A DNA stretch of 64,000 nucleotides from Candidatus Melainabacteria bacterium. Lineage in GTDB: Bacteria > Cyanobacteriota > Vampirovibrionia > Gastranaerophilales > Gastranaerophilaceae. Below are positions 19,812-29,901 of the stretch, in pieces. The notes beneath the pieces were generated by a model. It was not told the origin of the DNA and searched no databases. It saw only the letters and a program-made list of their open reading frames with translations. Every line of letters starts with the position of its first letter. The stretch's first letter is position 1. The stretch is taken from positions 1,222,212 through 1,286,211 of the forward strand of contig CP091731.1 in NCBI GenBank assembly GCA_022009935.1, written 5' to 3'. A program made the translations under genes and the position numbers.

Positions 19812-20395
19812 TTTTTATATAAACCTAGCACAAAAAAAAACAAAGAAGTCCAATGGCTGACACTGCTTTATCTATAGACTTATGTCACAAGTTGCTTGAT
19901 TTTTTCTTTTTTTATATAAACCTAGCACAAAAAAAAACAAAGAAGTCCAAACTTGACTCTTCCTTGTTTTTTCGACTTTCTTAGCTAAATCTTTGCTTTT
20001 CTTCTTTTATATAAACCTAGCACAAAAAAGCAAAGAAGTCCAATGGCTGACACTGCCTTATCTATAAACTTATCCCACAAGTTGCTTAGATTTTTCTTTT
20101 TTTATATAAACCTAGCACAAAAAAAAACAAAGAAGTCCAAACTTGACTCTTCCTTGCTTTTTTCGACTTTCTTAGCTAAATCTTTGCTTTTTCTTCTTTT
20201 ATATAAACCTAGCACAAAAAAAACAAAGAAGTCCAAACTTGACTCTTCCTTGCTTTTACGACTTTCTTAGCTAAATCTTTGCTTTTCTTCTTTTATATAA
20301 ACCTAGCACAAAAAAAAACAAAGAAGTCCAATGGCTGACACTGCTTTATCTATAGACTTATGTCACAAGTTGCTTAGATTTTTTCTTTTTTATAC
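19812..20395. repeat. tandem array C: six 94-97-nt units with a common head and two alternative tails (order a-b-a-b-b-a)
   Basis: TATATAAACC unit starts at 19816, 19913, 20008, 20103, 20200 and 20294. The common head is TATATAAACCTAGCACAAAAAAAAACAAAGAAGTCCAA. The tails copy gene 3' ends (see findings). Confidence 0.9.
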
Positions 20396-20921
20396 CTTAG
20401 TCTTGTTGAAAGGTTGGTTATTGCACAAACAAAAAATCCCATAACACCAATACTAAACATAAATGGAATTAATGTTATTAACGATTTTTGCTTGATAAGT
20501 TTCTTATATTCATTTTTATATCTGTATTATTTTTGTCTGCAAGATTTTTTAGCTAATTTATTAAGTTCTGTAAATTTTACGACTTCTAAATCATTTTTAA
20601 GTGTTTCTTTGCATTTGCCGTTTTTTTTCAATATACGCTTAAATCCATTTTCAAAAAGTTCACTTCCCGATATAACATACAATCCGACAATCGGGTAACG
20701 AAAAGTGTTTCTATAAAATTTTCTTTCCCACGGTCATAAGCAGCACCAAAATATCCTAATCCCCTATTAATACACAAGATGTCAACTGTCCTTTGCTCAA
20801 ATTCAACTTTCCGTTTTCACTTGTATAATCAATACAAAAATATTTATTTATAAAATTTTTATATTTTTATTATTTTTGAAATTTTATCACCAGGTGAAAG
20901 TATAAATTCAGAAATATTCAT
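20374..20921 (-). CDS. hypothetical protein with C-terminal membrane helix, several frame changes
   Basis: ATG at 20921 overlaps the upstream stop (TAATG). Fragments are MNISEFILSPGDKISKII..., GLGYFGAAYDRGKENFIETLF..., ...LIPFMFSIGVMGFFVCAITNLSTRLRYKKEKI*. The stop at 20374-20376 lies inside the last array unit. Confidence 0.35.
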
Positions 20922-21536
20922 TATTGTCTTTGACTTACTTCCTTTTTAGCAAGCAAAATAGCACTCAAAATACTTAAAATCGATGCAATAAAAGCACGAA
21001 TTAAGTTTTTATATGCACTATTTTTTACTTTGTTAATTTTATTTTTATCTTCTTCTTTTTTGTCAAGTGATGCAATATTTACAAAATCACTTTGCTTGAA
21101 TGCTTTAATTGTAAGCAAATTCTTTGAAATAATTTAACGTAAAAACAAGAATTGGTATAATGAGTGATGTAAGTGCAATAGCTGCTTTTATTGGTATGAT
21201 TTTATTTTTAGTCGAAATCTTTTTTAATTTTTCATAACTTTGAGCTACTAATTTTTTTTGTTCAGAGGTTAACTTTTTTGAAAAAAGTTTGCGAAATATT
21301 TTCTCTCCCAATATTTGTGGTAAAAAATAAACAACGGCACTCTCTGCTGTTTCCAAAAATGTATTTTCAAATAAATCAGCCTTGCTTCTTGAAAATGCTG
21401 CTTTGGGAATAAGTTGTGTAGTTGTGTCCTGAATAAATCTTGATGTTGATAAGCCCGATGCACTTTCGTTGTGTGCAATAAATTTCCCAGCAAGTTTTAA
21501 TGGTAATGGTAATGTATTCAATAAATTATTTGTCAT
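20921..21536 (-). CDS. hypothetical membrane protein (one frame change)
   Basis: MTNNLLNTLPLPLKLAGKFIAHNESASGL... starts at the second ATG (21536) after AAGGAAAAAA. The C-terminal part ...FIASILSILSAILLAKKEVSQRQ* is in the adjacent frame. Confidence 0.45.
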
Positions 21537-21811
21537 ATTTTTTCCTTTTTTGTTAAAACTAAAAAACCTGTACATAAAGTGCAGGTTTAATTTATATTAA
21601 AATATAACAAATGTTACTACAGCCTGCACAATAATTATGCCAAGCTACGCCAACTTTTATTGATTTTATACATTACATTACTCATACTTTTATTATAATA
21701 GCAAATAAATATTATTCAATACCTATTTTATATTTATTAAGTTTTTTAAAAGCATAATTAATAAATCTGTCGAATTTAGAAATTCGACTAAAAACTAAGA
21801 CCTATTCTAAT

Positions 21812-22380
21812 ACATGCTTGTCTTCACTTCATCGTTCCAAATTATTGACAACTTTTTAAATAACGGACTTTGTGCGTCCAACAATTTGACTTTATCCACC
21901 AATGTGAATTGACTTTTGTTTGATTATAGCGTTGAAGTTCAATTAATACTTTTGTTAAACATTTTTTGTTTTTTCCGCCTGGGGCAGCGGATTCTACCCT
22001 AAAGGGCACCCTCCCTTGTACGGCTCGATTGCCATCTCGCCTACAAGAGGAGCTGTTGGTAGGGCGGAGTCGAGCGTTAGCGAGCGAGCCCGTAACAAAA
22101 CTAAAACAATGATTAGACTAAGAATTTAAAAAACGGGCTGCAATATAAAAAAAATCCGCTGGAGTGGAGCCTTGAAAAGGCGAAACGGAATGCAAGGATT
22201 GCGCTAAGCCAAATAATTTGGTATAACTAATTTTGAACAAATAACAACCCGACGTAATCCAAGAATCTGCCCTCATTTTATTCGGGCATCTGTCCTACGG
22301 CGGATTTTTTTATATACATGATGGGGACGGCTTCGCCGTCCCCACACTGCAACCCTCTTTGACATTCATAACTGAAAGTG
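21812..22380. repeat. non-coding mosaic of repeat modules (L, family-A core, GC-rich hairpins, K, M, H1)
   Basis: Modules are shared with 26126-27060 and 60224-60388: L 21812-21852, A-core 21897-21968, long GC hairpin 21975-22068, K 22153-22202, M (reverse) 22248-22303, H1 22323-22343. Confidence 0.8.
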
Positions 22381-22386
22381 TGGAAT

Positions 22387-22430
22387 AAAAAAAAGCAAAA
22401 GAAGTCCAAACTTGACTCTTCCTTGCTTTT
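22387..22430 (-). terminator. intrinsic terminator of pnp
   Basis: On the minus strand: AAGCAAGGAAGAGTC...GACTTCTTTTGCTT stem followed by an A/T-run (T8 in RNA sense), 10 nt after the pnp stop. Confidence 0.6.
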
Positions 22431-22439
22431 TCAATTTTC

Positions 22440-24572
22440 TTAGTTAAATCTTTGCTTTTCTTCTTCTGAAACACCTTTGATTGTCAAATTGACACGACCT
22501 TTGTCATCGATTTTAATAACTTTGACAATAACTTCATCGCCAATAGACAATTTGCTTTCAACGGTTTCAATACGTTCATTTGCAACTTGAGAAATATGCA
22601 CCATACCGTCTTTTCCGGGGGCAAGCTCAACAAAAGCTCCGATTGGTATAATTCTTACAACTTTTCCACGGCGAACCATACCCTCAACCGGTTTAAAAGT
22701 CGCATCTTCAATCATACGCATTGCTATATTAGCACCCTCGGCATCATTGCTTGTAATTGTAACATGTCCGTCATCTTGTATATCAATTTCAGCACCGCTA
22801 CATTCAATAATATTTTTAATATTTTTGCCTCCCGGACCAATAACAACACCAATATCATCAACATCAATGTTCATTGAATAAATGCGAGGTGCAAACGGTG
22901 ACATCTCTTTAGCAGGTTCAGTTATTACTTCACGCATTTTGCCAAGAATGTGCAAACGACCTTCTTTAGCCTGGTTTAAAGCTTGACGCAAAGTTTCATT
23001 GCTTATGCCTTTCACCTTCATATCCATCTGTAAAGCAGTAATGGCTTCGTCATTACCTGTAACCTTAAAGTCCATATCGCCCAAAAAGTCTTCAATACCT
23101 TGAATATCAGTCAGTACAACAGTTGCATCATCTTCTTTGATTAATCCCATAGCAACTCCGCCAATCATACATTTAACAGGAACACCCGCATTCATTAAAG
23201 CCATTGAGCTGCCACAAGTTGAAGCCATAGAAGTTGAACCGTTTGATTCCAAAACATCAGATGTAACACGGATTGTGTAACCAAATTTGTCCATATCAGG
23301 CAAAGCAGGAACATTTGCACGTTCAGCCAAGTTTCCATGACCTATTTCACGACGTCCCGGGCTTCTCAATGCCTTTACTTCACCTACTGAAAACCCAGGG
23401 AAAATGTACTTGTGCATATACGTCTTTTTAGTCAATGGGTCAACACCATCCAATTCAAGTGCCATTGAAGGTCCTGCAAGTGTTGCAACAGAAAGAACTT
23501 GAGTTTGCCCACGAGTGAATACGGCTGAACCATGAGCACGAGGAATTACCCCAACTTCACACCAAATCGGTCTGACTTCTGTTATTTTACGTCCGTCTGC
23601 ACGAACTCCCTCATCGATAATCATTCGACGCATTATTTTCTTTTCCAAATATTTAAACTCTTCAGCTATAAAATCAATGCCCGATTCATTTATCATTTTA
23701 TTTATTTCATCTTCTTCGCCTAAGGCTGCAACTTTTTCCTTAACAAGCGTTTTAGCTTCTTCAAGCTTATTTTGACGGTACTCACGGTCAAAATTATGAT
23801 AAGCATCATAAATCATATCATAAGCTGTTTCTTTTATTATTGAAGCCAAACGACTTGTGTCATAAGGATTTACAAATTCAGGTTTTTCAACCCCACACAT
23901 TTTAGCAAATTCAATTTGTGCTTGAACTTGTTTTTTATCTCAACTTGAGCAAACTCAACTGCGTGCATAATGTCATCTTCGGTCACAAAATTGCAACCGG
24001 CTTCAACCATAATAACACTGTTTTCAGTACCTGCAACAACTATATCCAAATCAGATTCTTTTGATTGTTGGTGAGTCGGGTTTGCAATATATTCACCATT
24101 AATACAAGCTACACGAACGGCACCGATAGGGACCTTCAAACGGAGCTTCTGTCAACATCAATGCAAATGAAGCACCCAACATTGCAAGAGTATCTGCTTG
24201 GTTTTCTTGGTCATAACTCATAAGTTGAGCCACGATTTGAACATCATTTCTATATCCTTTAGGAAATAAAGGACGAATTGGTCTGTCTATCAATCTTGAT
24301 ATTAATATAGCTTTTTCACTCGGACGTCCTTCATTTTTGGTAAATCCACCGGGAATTCGTCCAATAGCTGACATACGTTCTTCATAATCAATAAGCAACG
24401 GGAAAAAATCAATACCTACACGTGGTTCTTTTGCAACTGTTGCATGCACAAATAACATTGTATCACCACAACGTATTGTTACAGAAGAGCTTGCACTTCT
24501 TGCATATTTCCCTGTTTCTACTTCAACAACTTTTCCACCTATGGTAAGTTGTATTTTTTTACTTTCAACCAT
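22440..24572 (-). CDS. pnp: polyribonucleotide nucleotidyltransferase (PNPase), two frame changes
   Basis: Three ORF-track fragments (24099-24572, 23870-24139, 22440-23900) give a colinear PNPase: two RNase PH domains, KH, and S1 (GKVVRIIPIGAFVELAPGKDGMVHISQVA). One break is at the T6 run 23931-23936. Confidence 0.9.
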
Positions 24573-24721
24573 TTTTTCTTCTTTCTTTCTTTTTTATTTT
24601 CTACCCTTTTGTATTCATCTAAAATTATACAACAAATTGTTTTTAATGTAAAAAAAGGACGTATTTAATAAAAACACGTCCATTATTTAATTATATGTAA
24701 AATTAGTTTGTTGCTTATTAA

Positions 24722-25016
24722 TTAAGCTGAAGCAAGATTTTCAGATTCTGCTTTATGTTTTTGATAACAATCTTTACAAAATACTTCTTTACCTTCAACA
24801 GGCTTAAAAGGTACTTTTGTCGTAATGCCACAATCACTACATTGAACTTCATACATTTTTTTGTGACGACTTTTGCTGCGGCGACGTTGTTTACGACATT
24901 CACTGCAACGTTTTGGGGTGTTAACTAATCCTTTTTGAGCATAAAATTTTTTCACCGGCTGTAAATACAAATTCACAACCGCAATCTTCACAGATTAGTT
25001 TTTCATCTTCGTACAT
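24722..25016 (-). CDS. zinc-ribbon protein (CxxC...CxxC, zf-trcl-like), one frame change
   Basis: MYEDEKLICEDCGCEFVFTAGE(Q)KFYAQKGLVNTPKRCSECRKQRR...VQCSDCGITTKVPFKPVEGKEVFCKDCYQK. AAGGAG SD upstream of the ATG at 25016. Confidence 0.6.
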
Positions 25017-25240
25017 CGGGTGTTTCTCCTTTTATTTTGTAACTTTAAGCAGATTTATAACAGTCATTTTAGTTTAATTTATTTAAAATGCAATAGTTAA
25101 TTTTTCTACTTTTTTACATTCTAACTTTTTTTTTATTTTTTGGCAAGAATATATATTTATGTTTCATAAAACAATTATACTATTTTAATTATCAATGAAT
25201 TATGGTATAAATAAAATAAATAATTAAAAGGCATTTTAGT

Positions 25241-26002
25241 ATGATAAAGAAAAAAATATTAAGTATTATTTTATTAGTTATATTATGTTTTACGCTAAAT
25301 CCGATTGCTGTTTTGGCAAATGAATATGATAATGATGGGGATTCTAACGGTTATGACCCTGTTGAGTTTAAATTTGAACATATAAACAATGGAAAAACGT
25401 CATCGCCAATGGATTTAATAAAAGTAACAGATGACGGCACACGAGTTATTGTTAAGAATAACCTTATCCCTATTGCCTTTAACGACCATTTTACGACTAA
25501 GAAATACAAGGATTTAAATGTAGTCGAGTTTTACATCCCTTGTGATATAACAACGAATAATGCAAAATGCTTAATTCCTGCCAAATCACTTGTTTTAGGT
25601 GAAATAAGCTGTATACAACAACCCAAATGGGGTAATCGTAATGCAAAAGTTTATATTACTTTAAAAAAGCTTATCTTCCCAAATGGGCGCCAGTTTGATA
25701 TATGCGCTAAACCATATGAAAATGGTGGTGTTTTGAAAAAAAGTGGTTGGACAAATTTTGGAAAAGCGGCAGCATATACAGTTGGCGGTTTTGGATTAGG
25801 AGCCGGTAACGGTGCTTGGATTGGGGCTTGTGCAGGCAACGCTTGGACAGGCACTTGGTTGGGCATGGCTATTGGCGGTGGCGCCGGGCTTTTGCTTGGA
25901 CTTTTTACACCGGGAATGCATTATAAGGCAAAAAAAGGTAAAGTCATTTATATGCGACTCTGTGAAGATATTATTATATCTCCTGATTGTTGTTGCGACT
26001 AA
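25241..26002 (+). CDS. secreted hypothetical protein with C-terminal glycine-zipper segment
   Basis: Intact 253 aa. Signal-like N-terminus KKKILSIILLVILCFTLNPIAVLA. C-terminal GGFGLGAGNGAWIGACAGNAWTGTWLGMAIGGGAGLLLGL. Confidence 0.6.
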   Translation: MIKKKILSIILLVILCFTLNPIAVLANEYDNDGDSNGYDPVEFKFEHINNGKTSSPMDLIKVTDDGTRVIVKNNLIPIAFNDHFTTKKYKDLNVVEFYIPCDITTNNAKCLIPAKSLVLGEISCIQQPKWGNRNAKVYITLKKLIFPNGRQFDICAKPYENGGVLKKSGWTNFGKAAAYTVGGFGLGAGNGAWIGACAGNAWTGTWLGMAIGGGAGLLLGLFTPGMHYKAKKGKVIYMRLCEDIIISPDCCCD

Positions 26003-26040
26003 ACAAAGAATTTGAAGTGAAATAAAATAAATTGATTTCA

Positions 26041-26125
26041 TTCACCATTGTGGATTGATTTTTGTTTACTTTTTGCGTTGAAGTCCAATTATTTTATTTT
26101 CCTCCAAATACTTTGTTTTAGTTTT
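26041..26125. repeat. single family-A repeat unit (degenerate)
   Basis: CACCATTGTGGATTGATTTTTG...GCGTTGAAGTCCAATTATTTTATTTTCCTCCAAATACTTTGTTTTAG, followed by TTTTATATGACGGGCT. Confidence 0.75.
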
Positions 26126-26514
26126 ATATGACGGGCTGCGGATTCGTCGTTGGCCGTCTTGGATTTCTTTCTAGCTCACAGAGCCGTGCCTTATGTGCCT
26201 TGCACAAGCCGGCACGGTCTGTTCGCTCCCCGGACTACGCCCGTTCAGAAATCCGCTTGCCTGATTGTGAGGAGAAAAGCGTTGCATCCGTGCGGAGCTT
26301 TAGACGAGGAAGCGACCCAGCTTCCGAGTATAAAGCGAAGTAGTTAATGACCGCCGTAGGAAAGACGACCGAATGAAATGAGGGCGGATGCCCCAGGCGG
26401 TAAAAAGCGTAAGCCGTGCGTAAAACAAAGCCAAAACGGCTCAGTTTTGGATTTGTTTGTAGCAGTTAATAGGCGACGGCGGATTCGCAGTTGGCCTTGC
26501 CTGATTGTGAGGAA
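26126..26514. other. GC-rich non-coding segment with long imperfect hairpins and module M copy A
   Basis: Much higher GC than the flanks. Extended hairpin 26167-26212 (AGAGCCGTGCC...GGCACGGTCT). M at 26351-26400. TTGCCTGATTGTGAGGA is repeated at about 26258 and 26497. The ORFs here have no SD and implausible composition. Confidence 0.6.
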
Positions 26515-26812
26515 CTGAACGGAGTGAAATAATTTTGTAAAAAAATTATGAAACGGAGTTGCATAGTTCCGAACGCTGCGTAATCCAAGATAAAAGAGTT
26601 TTCTTCGAAAACTCCACAGGAGCGAAAACTGAACGGAGTGGAACAATTTTGTAAAAATTGTGAAACGGAGTTGCATAGTTCGAACGCTGCGTAATCCAAG
26701 ATAAAAGAGTTTTCTTCGAAAACTCCACAGGAGCGAAAACTGAACGGAGTGGAACAATTTTGTAAAAATTGTGAAACGGAGTTGCATAGTTCCGAACGCT
26801 GCGTAATCCAAG
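26515..26812. repeat. 2.7 tandem units of 114/111 nt, each with two perfect 7-8 bp hairpins
   Basis: CTGAACGG unit starts at 26515, 26629 and 26740. Hairpins are ACAATTTT-GTA-AAAATTGT and GAGTTTTC-TTC-GAAAACTC. Unit 1 has the compensated variant ATAATTTT...AAAATTAT. Confidence 0.85.
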
Positions 26813-27060
26813 ACATGCTGTCTTCACTTCATCGTTCCAAATTATTGACAACTTGCAATCCTGCATTCCGTTTCGCCTTTTCAAGGCTACACTCCAGCGG
26901 ATTGCTGCGAACTTACGTGCTGGGTGTGCTGACGCACACACGGCGCACTAGTCAAAATTTGGCTAACCACGGCGGATATTATTTAATGCAGGGGGACGGC
27001 AAAGCCGTCCCCCTGCACCCCTTGGATATTCACAACTAAAAATGTGGAAAACAGAGCCAA
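26813..27060. other. GC-rich mosaic segment (modules L, K inverted, H1)
   Basis: L at 26813-26854 (same as 21812-21852). K at 26855-26905 (reverse complement of 22153-22202). H1 hairpin at 26988-27016, preceded by CCACGGCGG plus an AT spacer. Confidence 0.7.
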
Positions 27061-27096
27061 ACAAATGAGTGAACATTTCACGGGTTGCAAGGGGTT

Positions 27097-27371
27097 TTAT
27101 ATAACGGGCTAACGCGTGACAACTGATGCAGTCATTCACCAACGTGGATTGACTTTTACTTAATTATAGCGTTGAAGTCCAATAATGCTTTTTGTTAAGC
27201 ATTTTTGTTTTAGTTTTATATGACGGGCTAACGCGTGACAACTGATGCAGTCATTCACCAACGTGGGTTGGCTTTTGCTTAATTATAGCGTTGAAGTCCA
27301 ATTATTTTATTTTCCTCCAAATACTTTGTTTTAGTTTTATATAACGTGCCGTGGAATAACTAATTTTCACA
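27097..27371. repeat. family-A tandem units (2.3 copies) abutting the ispG stop
   Basis: TATATAAC / TATATGAC starts at 27097, 27217 and 27338 (120-121 nt period). The core is CACCAACGTGGATTGACTTTT...GCGTTGAAGTCCAAT. Confidence 0.85.
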
Positions 27372-28429
27372 CTACTTCAAACCAACAAGATAATTAGTAA
27401 GTATTGCTTCAAACTCGTTTAATAAATCTTCTTCTTTTACTTTTTTAATTATCTCGCCTTTTTTAAAAATATAACCTTCACCAATACCGCCTGCAATTCC
27501 AAAATCAGCATGTCTGGCTTCTCCCGAGCCATTGACGGCACATCCCATAACCGCAATTGTCAAAGGAGTTTTTATATTTTTAAATCTTTCCTCCACTTTG
27601 TGAGCAAGGTCAATCAAGTTTATTTTACACCTGCCACAAGTAGGGCAAGAGATAAAATTTATACCTTCATCACGAAGTTTTAAAGCTCGTAGTATATTAA
27701 ACCCTGCATAGACTTCTTCAATAGGGTTTTCACTTAGCGAAACACGTATTGTATCACCTATACCGTCAAGCAAAAGCGGTGAAAATGCAAGAGATGATTT
27801 TATTAGACCGTTTTTAAAGTACCTGCTTCTGTCAAGCCCAAGTGTAGCGGGTAATCTACTTTTTTGTCAATAAGCCTGTATGCTTCAATTGTTGTTTTAA
27901 CATCAGAAGATTTTAAAGACACTTTTATTTGGTCAAAATCGTTATCTTCTAATATCTTTATGTGTTCCATTGCCGACTCAACCATTTTTTCTGCAAGCGT
28001 TAAATCGTCACGGTTTGCATATTTTTTATCCAATGACCCCCCATTTATCCCGATACGGATTGGAATGTTGTGTTTTTTTGCACATTCGACAACTTTTTTA
28101 ACATTCTCTTCTTTTCCAATATTCCCAGGGTTCAATCTCAAAGCATCAACACCCATATCAATAGCGGTTAAAGCAAGCCTATAGTCAAAATGAATATCCG
28201 CAACAATTGGTATTGGTGATTTTTTCTTTATATCTTTCAAAGCGCTTGCCGCATCTTTATTTAAAACAGCTAAACGTATTATTTCACAACCGGCTTCGCT
28301 TAATTTAAAAATTTGGTTTAAAGTAGCGTTAACATCACAAGTATTTGTCGTACACATTGATTGGACAGCTATTTTATTTCCGCCACCGATTTTTACATCA
28401 CCTATTTTTATTACCTTTTTCATAGCCAT
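27372..28429 (-). CDS. ispG: 4-hydroxy-3-methylbut-2-en-1-yl diphosphate synthase (IspG/GcpE), one frame change
   Basis: Fragments 27803-28429 and 27372-27773 are colinear: ...HLGLTEAGT / GIGDTIRVSLS...CPTCGRC...GCAVNGSGEA. The break is at the T5/A3 run 27811-27818. Confidence 0.9.
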
Positions 28430-28432
28430 TTT

Positions 28433-29269
28433 TCATCCTTTATTTTCAATCTCAATCGTTTGAGTCGGGTATGCAAATTCTATATTATTTTCATTAAATT
28501 TGTTATAAATATTCAACAATAAGTCACTTTTTACTTTTATATACTCACTATACAAAGTTTTGTTTGAATACGCCAACACAAGCAAATTTACAGAATAATC
28601 ACTTAAACTTTCAAGTACAACATTTATATCTGATTTATCAATATTCTCATTTGATTTTAAAATATCATAAATAATGTTTATAACCTCTATTATTGTTTCT
28701 TTATTTGCCTTATATGTTAAAGTTATTATTTCACGAATAAGTCGTTTGTTTCTTCTTGAAATGTTTGAGACAACTTGGTTGGCTGTCACGTTGTTTGGGA
28801 TAATAATAAGTGAATTATCCATTGTTCTAAGTTTTGTTGAACGTAAATTTATATCAACAACAGTTCCTTCAACATTTTTACCCATTATATCCTGACTTAT
28901 ATAAATATAATCACCAACTTTATAAGCATTATCCAAAATTAAAGCAACTGAACCGAAAAGGTTTGCTATAGTTTCTTTTGCAGCAAAACCAATTGCCAAC
29001 CCCCCAATTCCTATCCCTGCAAGCAAAGATGTCGCTTCAATTCCATAACGTTTCAAAAATATTATCACTATAAAAAACAAAAAAACAACTTTTATTATAT
29101 TATCCAAAAGTGGCATAAATCGCAAAAGAAGACTATTTGTGTCTTTGAGTTTCAATGCGTGAGTTAAATGTTTTGTAAGTTTGCTTATAAAATTTAAACC
29201 TAATGAAACTATAATAATATAAAATATTATTCTTATTATTTCGCTTATATGTGTTTGTAAAAATGTCAT
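28433..29269 (-). CDS. MscS-family mechanosensitive channel
   Basis: Intact 278 aa. TM helices followed by GFAAKETIANLFGSVALILDNAYKVGDYI...GTVVDINLRSTKLRTMDNSLIIIPNN. Confidence 0.8.
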   Translation of the reverse strand: MTFLQTHISEIIRIIFYIIIVSLGLNFISKLTKHLTHALKLKDTNSLLLRFMPLLDNIIKVVFLFFIVIIFLKRYGIEATSLLAGIGIGGLAIGFAAKETIANLFGSVALILDNAYKVGDYIYISQDIMGKNVEGTVVDINLRSTKLRTMDNSLIIIPNNVTANQVVSNISRRNKRLIREIITLTYKANKETIIEVINIIYDILKSNENIDKSDINVVLESLSDYSVNLLVLAYSNKTLYSEYIKVKSDLLLNIYNKFNENNIEFAYPTQTIEIENKG

Positions 29270-29901
29270 ATTGTTTTATCCTTTTTCATTGTTAAGTATA
29301 ACACAAAAAAAGGTTGACTTTTTAGTGTCAACCTGAAGTAAAATAGTTTACGAGTGAGAGTGGAATATGTATTTATAGAATTATTATAGACATTTAAAAT
29401 GGTATTCAAATTCCCCTATTGTTTAGATTGTTTTTCCACATAGGCTATTATACTTTTATAAAATATTAAGAAATTGTAATAATTTAATAAATATTCTAAA
29501 GTTTTTGAAAAAAACATGTCGTAATTAAAAATATAAATAAATAGACAATTAGGGAAAATTAATGTATAAGTCATCAAAAACAAAAATGTTAAACAACATA
29601 TCACAAGGTGTAGAATTCATATTAAGAGGTGCGAAAAAAAGGCGGTCAATGGCTATAGCAGAAGCAAAAGCAGTGAACAATCAAAATTATAAATTGCAAA
29701 AAAAGCCATCTTATCGCTATTAAATAAAAGAATGAGAGTGTCAGTTTTTTTAATTTTATCTTTTAGGTTTCAAAAATATTTTATTTTGGAACCTTTTTTG
29801 TTGTTAAATTTTCGTAACAATTAATTTACATTGTTTCATATATTTATTTATCTGGTAAAATAATTTATATAAGTATTCATGTATATTAATTGTTTATAAA
29901 T

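Noticed and set aside
20043-20270. ORFs running through arrays C and A (20043-20270, 62497-62838, 63375-63584, 63443-63724)
   Set aside because: They are repeat-generated open frames with no start context. Their reading frames are not preserved between unit variants.
22587-23723. Antisense ORFs inside pnp (22587-22877, 23532-23723). Similar antisense ORFs lie in ispG, the MscS gene, minD, atpA, atpG, the primase gene and others
   Set aside because: They lie opposite genes with strong homology-based support and have skewed, low-complexity composition typical of shadow frames in AT-rich DNA.
26167-26212. A group II intron domain V (AGAGCCGTGCC...GGCACGGTCT)
   Set aside because: The hairpin is about 46 nt with a long internal stem-loop, not the 34-nt D5 with a GNRA loop. 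There is no intron-encoded reverse transcriptase or other intron domains nearby.
26351-26400. Motif M as a small self-cleaving ribozyme (twister- or hammerhead-like)
   Set aside because: The resemblance is only superficial (a CCGCC...GGCGG closing helix). The conserved core nucleotides I remember for those classes (for example CUGAUGA...GAAA) are absent. I cannot support this without a covariance-model search.
26344-26941. Three overlapping minus-strand ORFs (155, 116 and 131 aa), and the + strand ORFs 26128-26347 and 26749-27039
   Set aside because: All three frames are open simultaneously across a tandem repeat. There are no ribosome sites, the composition is implausible, and the sequence is dominated by perfect hairpins.
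27043-27051. Canonical-looking DnaA boxes (TGTGGAAAA at 27043-27051, TTTTCCACA at 29432-29440) as a second origin
   Set aside because: They are isolated single boxes with no clustering and no adjacent AT-rich unwinding element.
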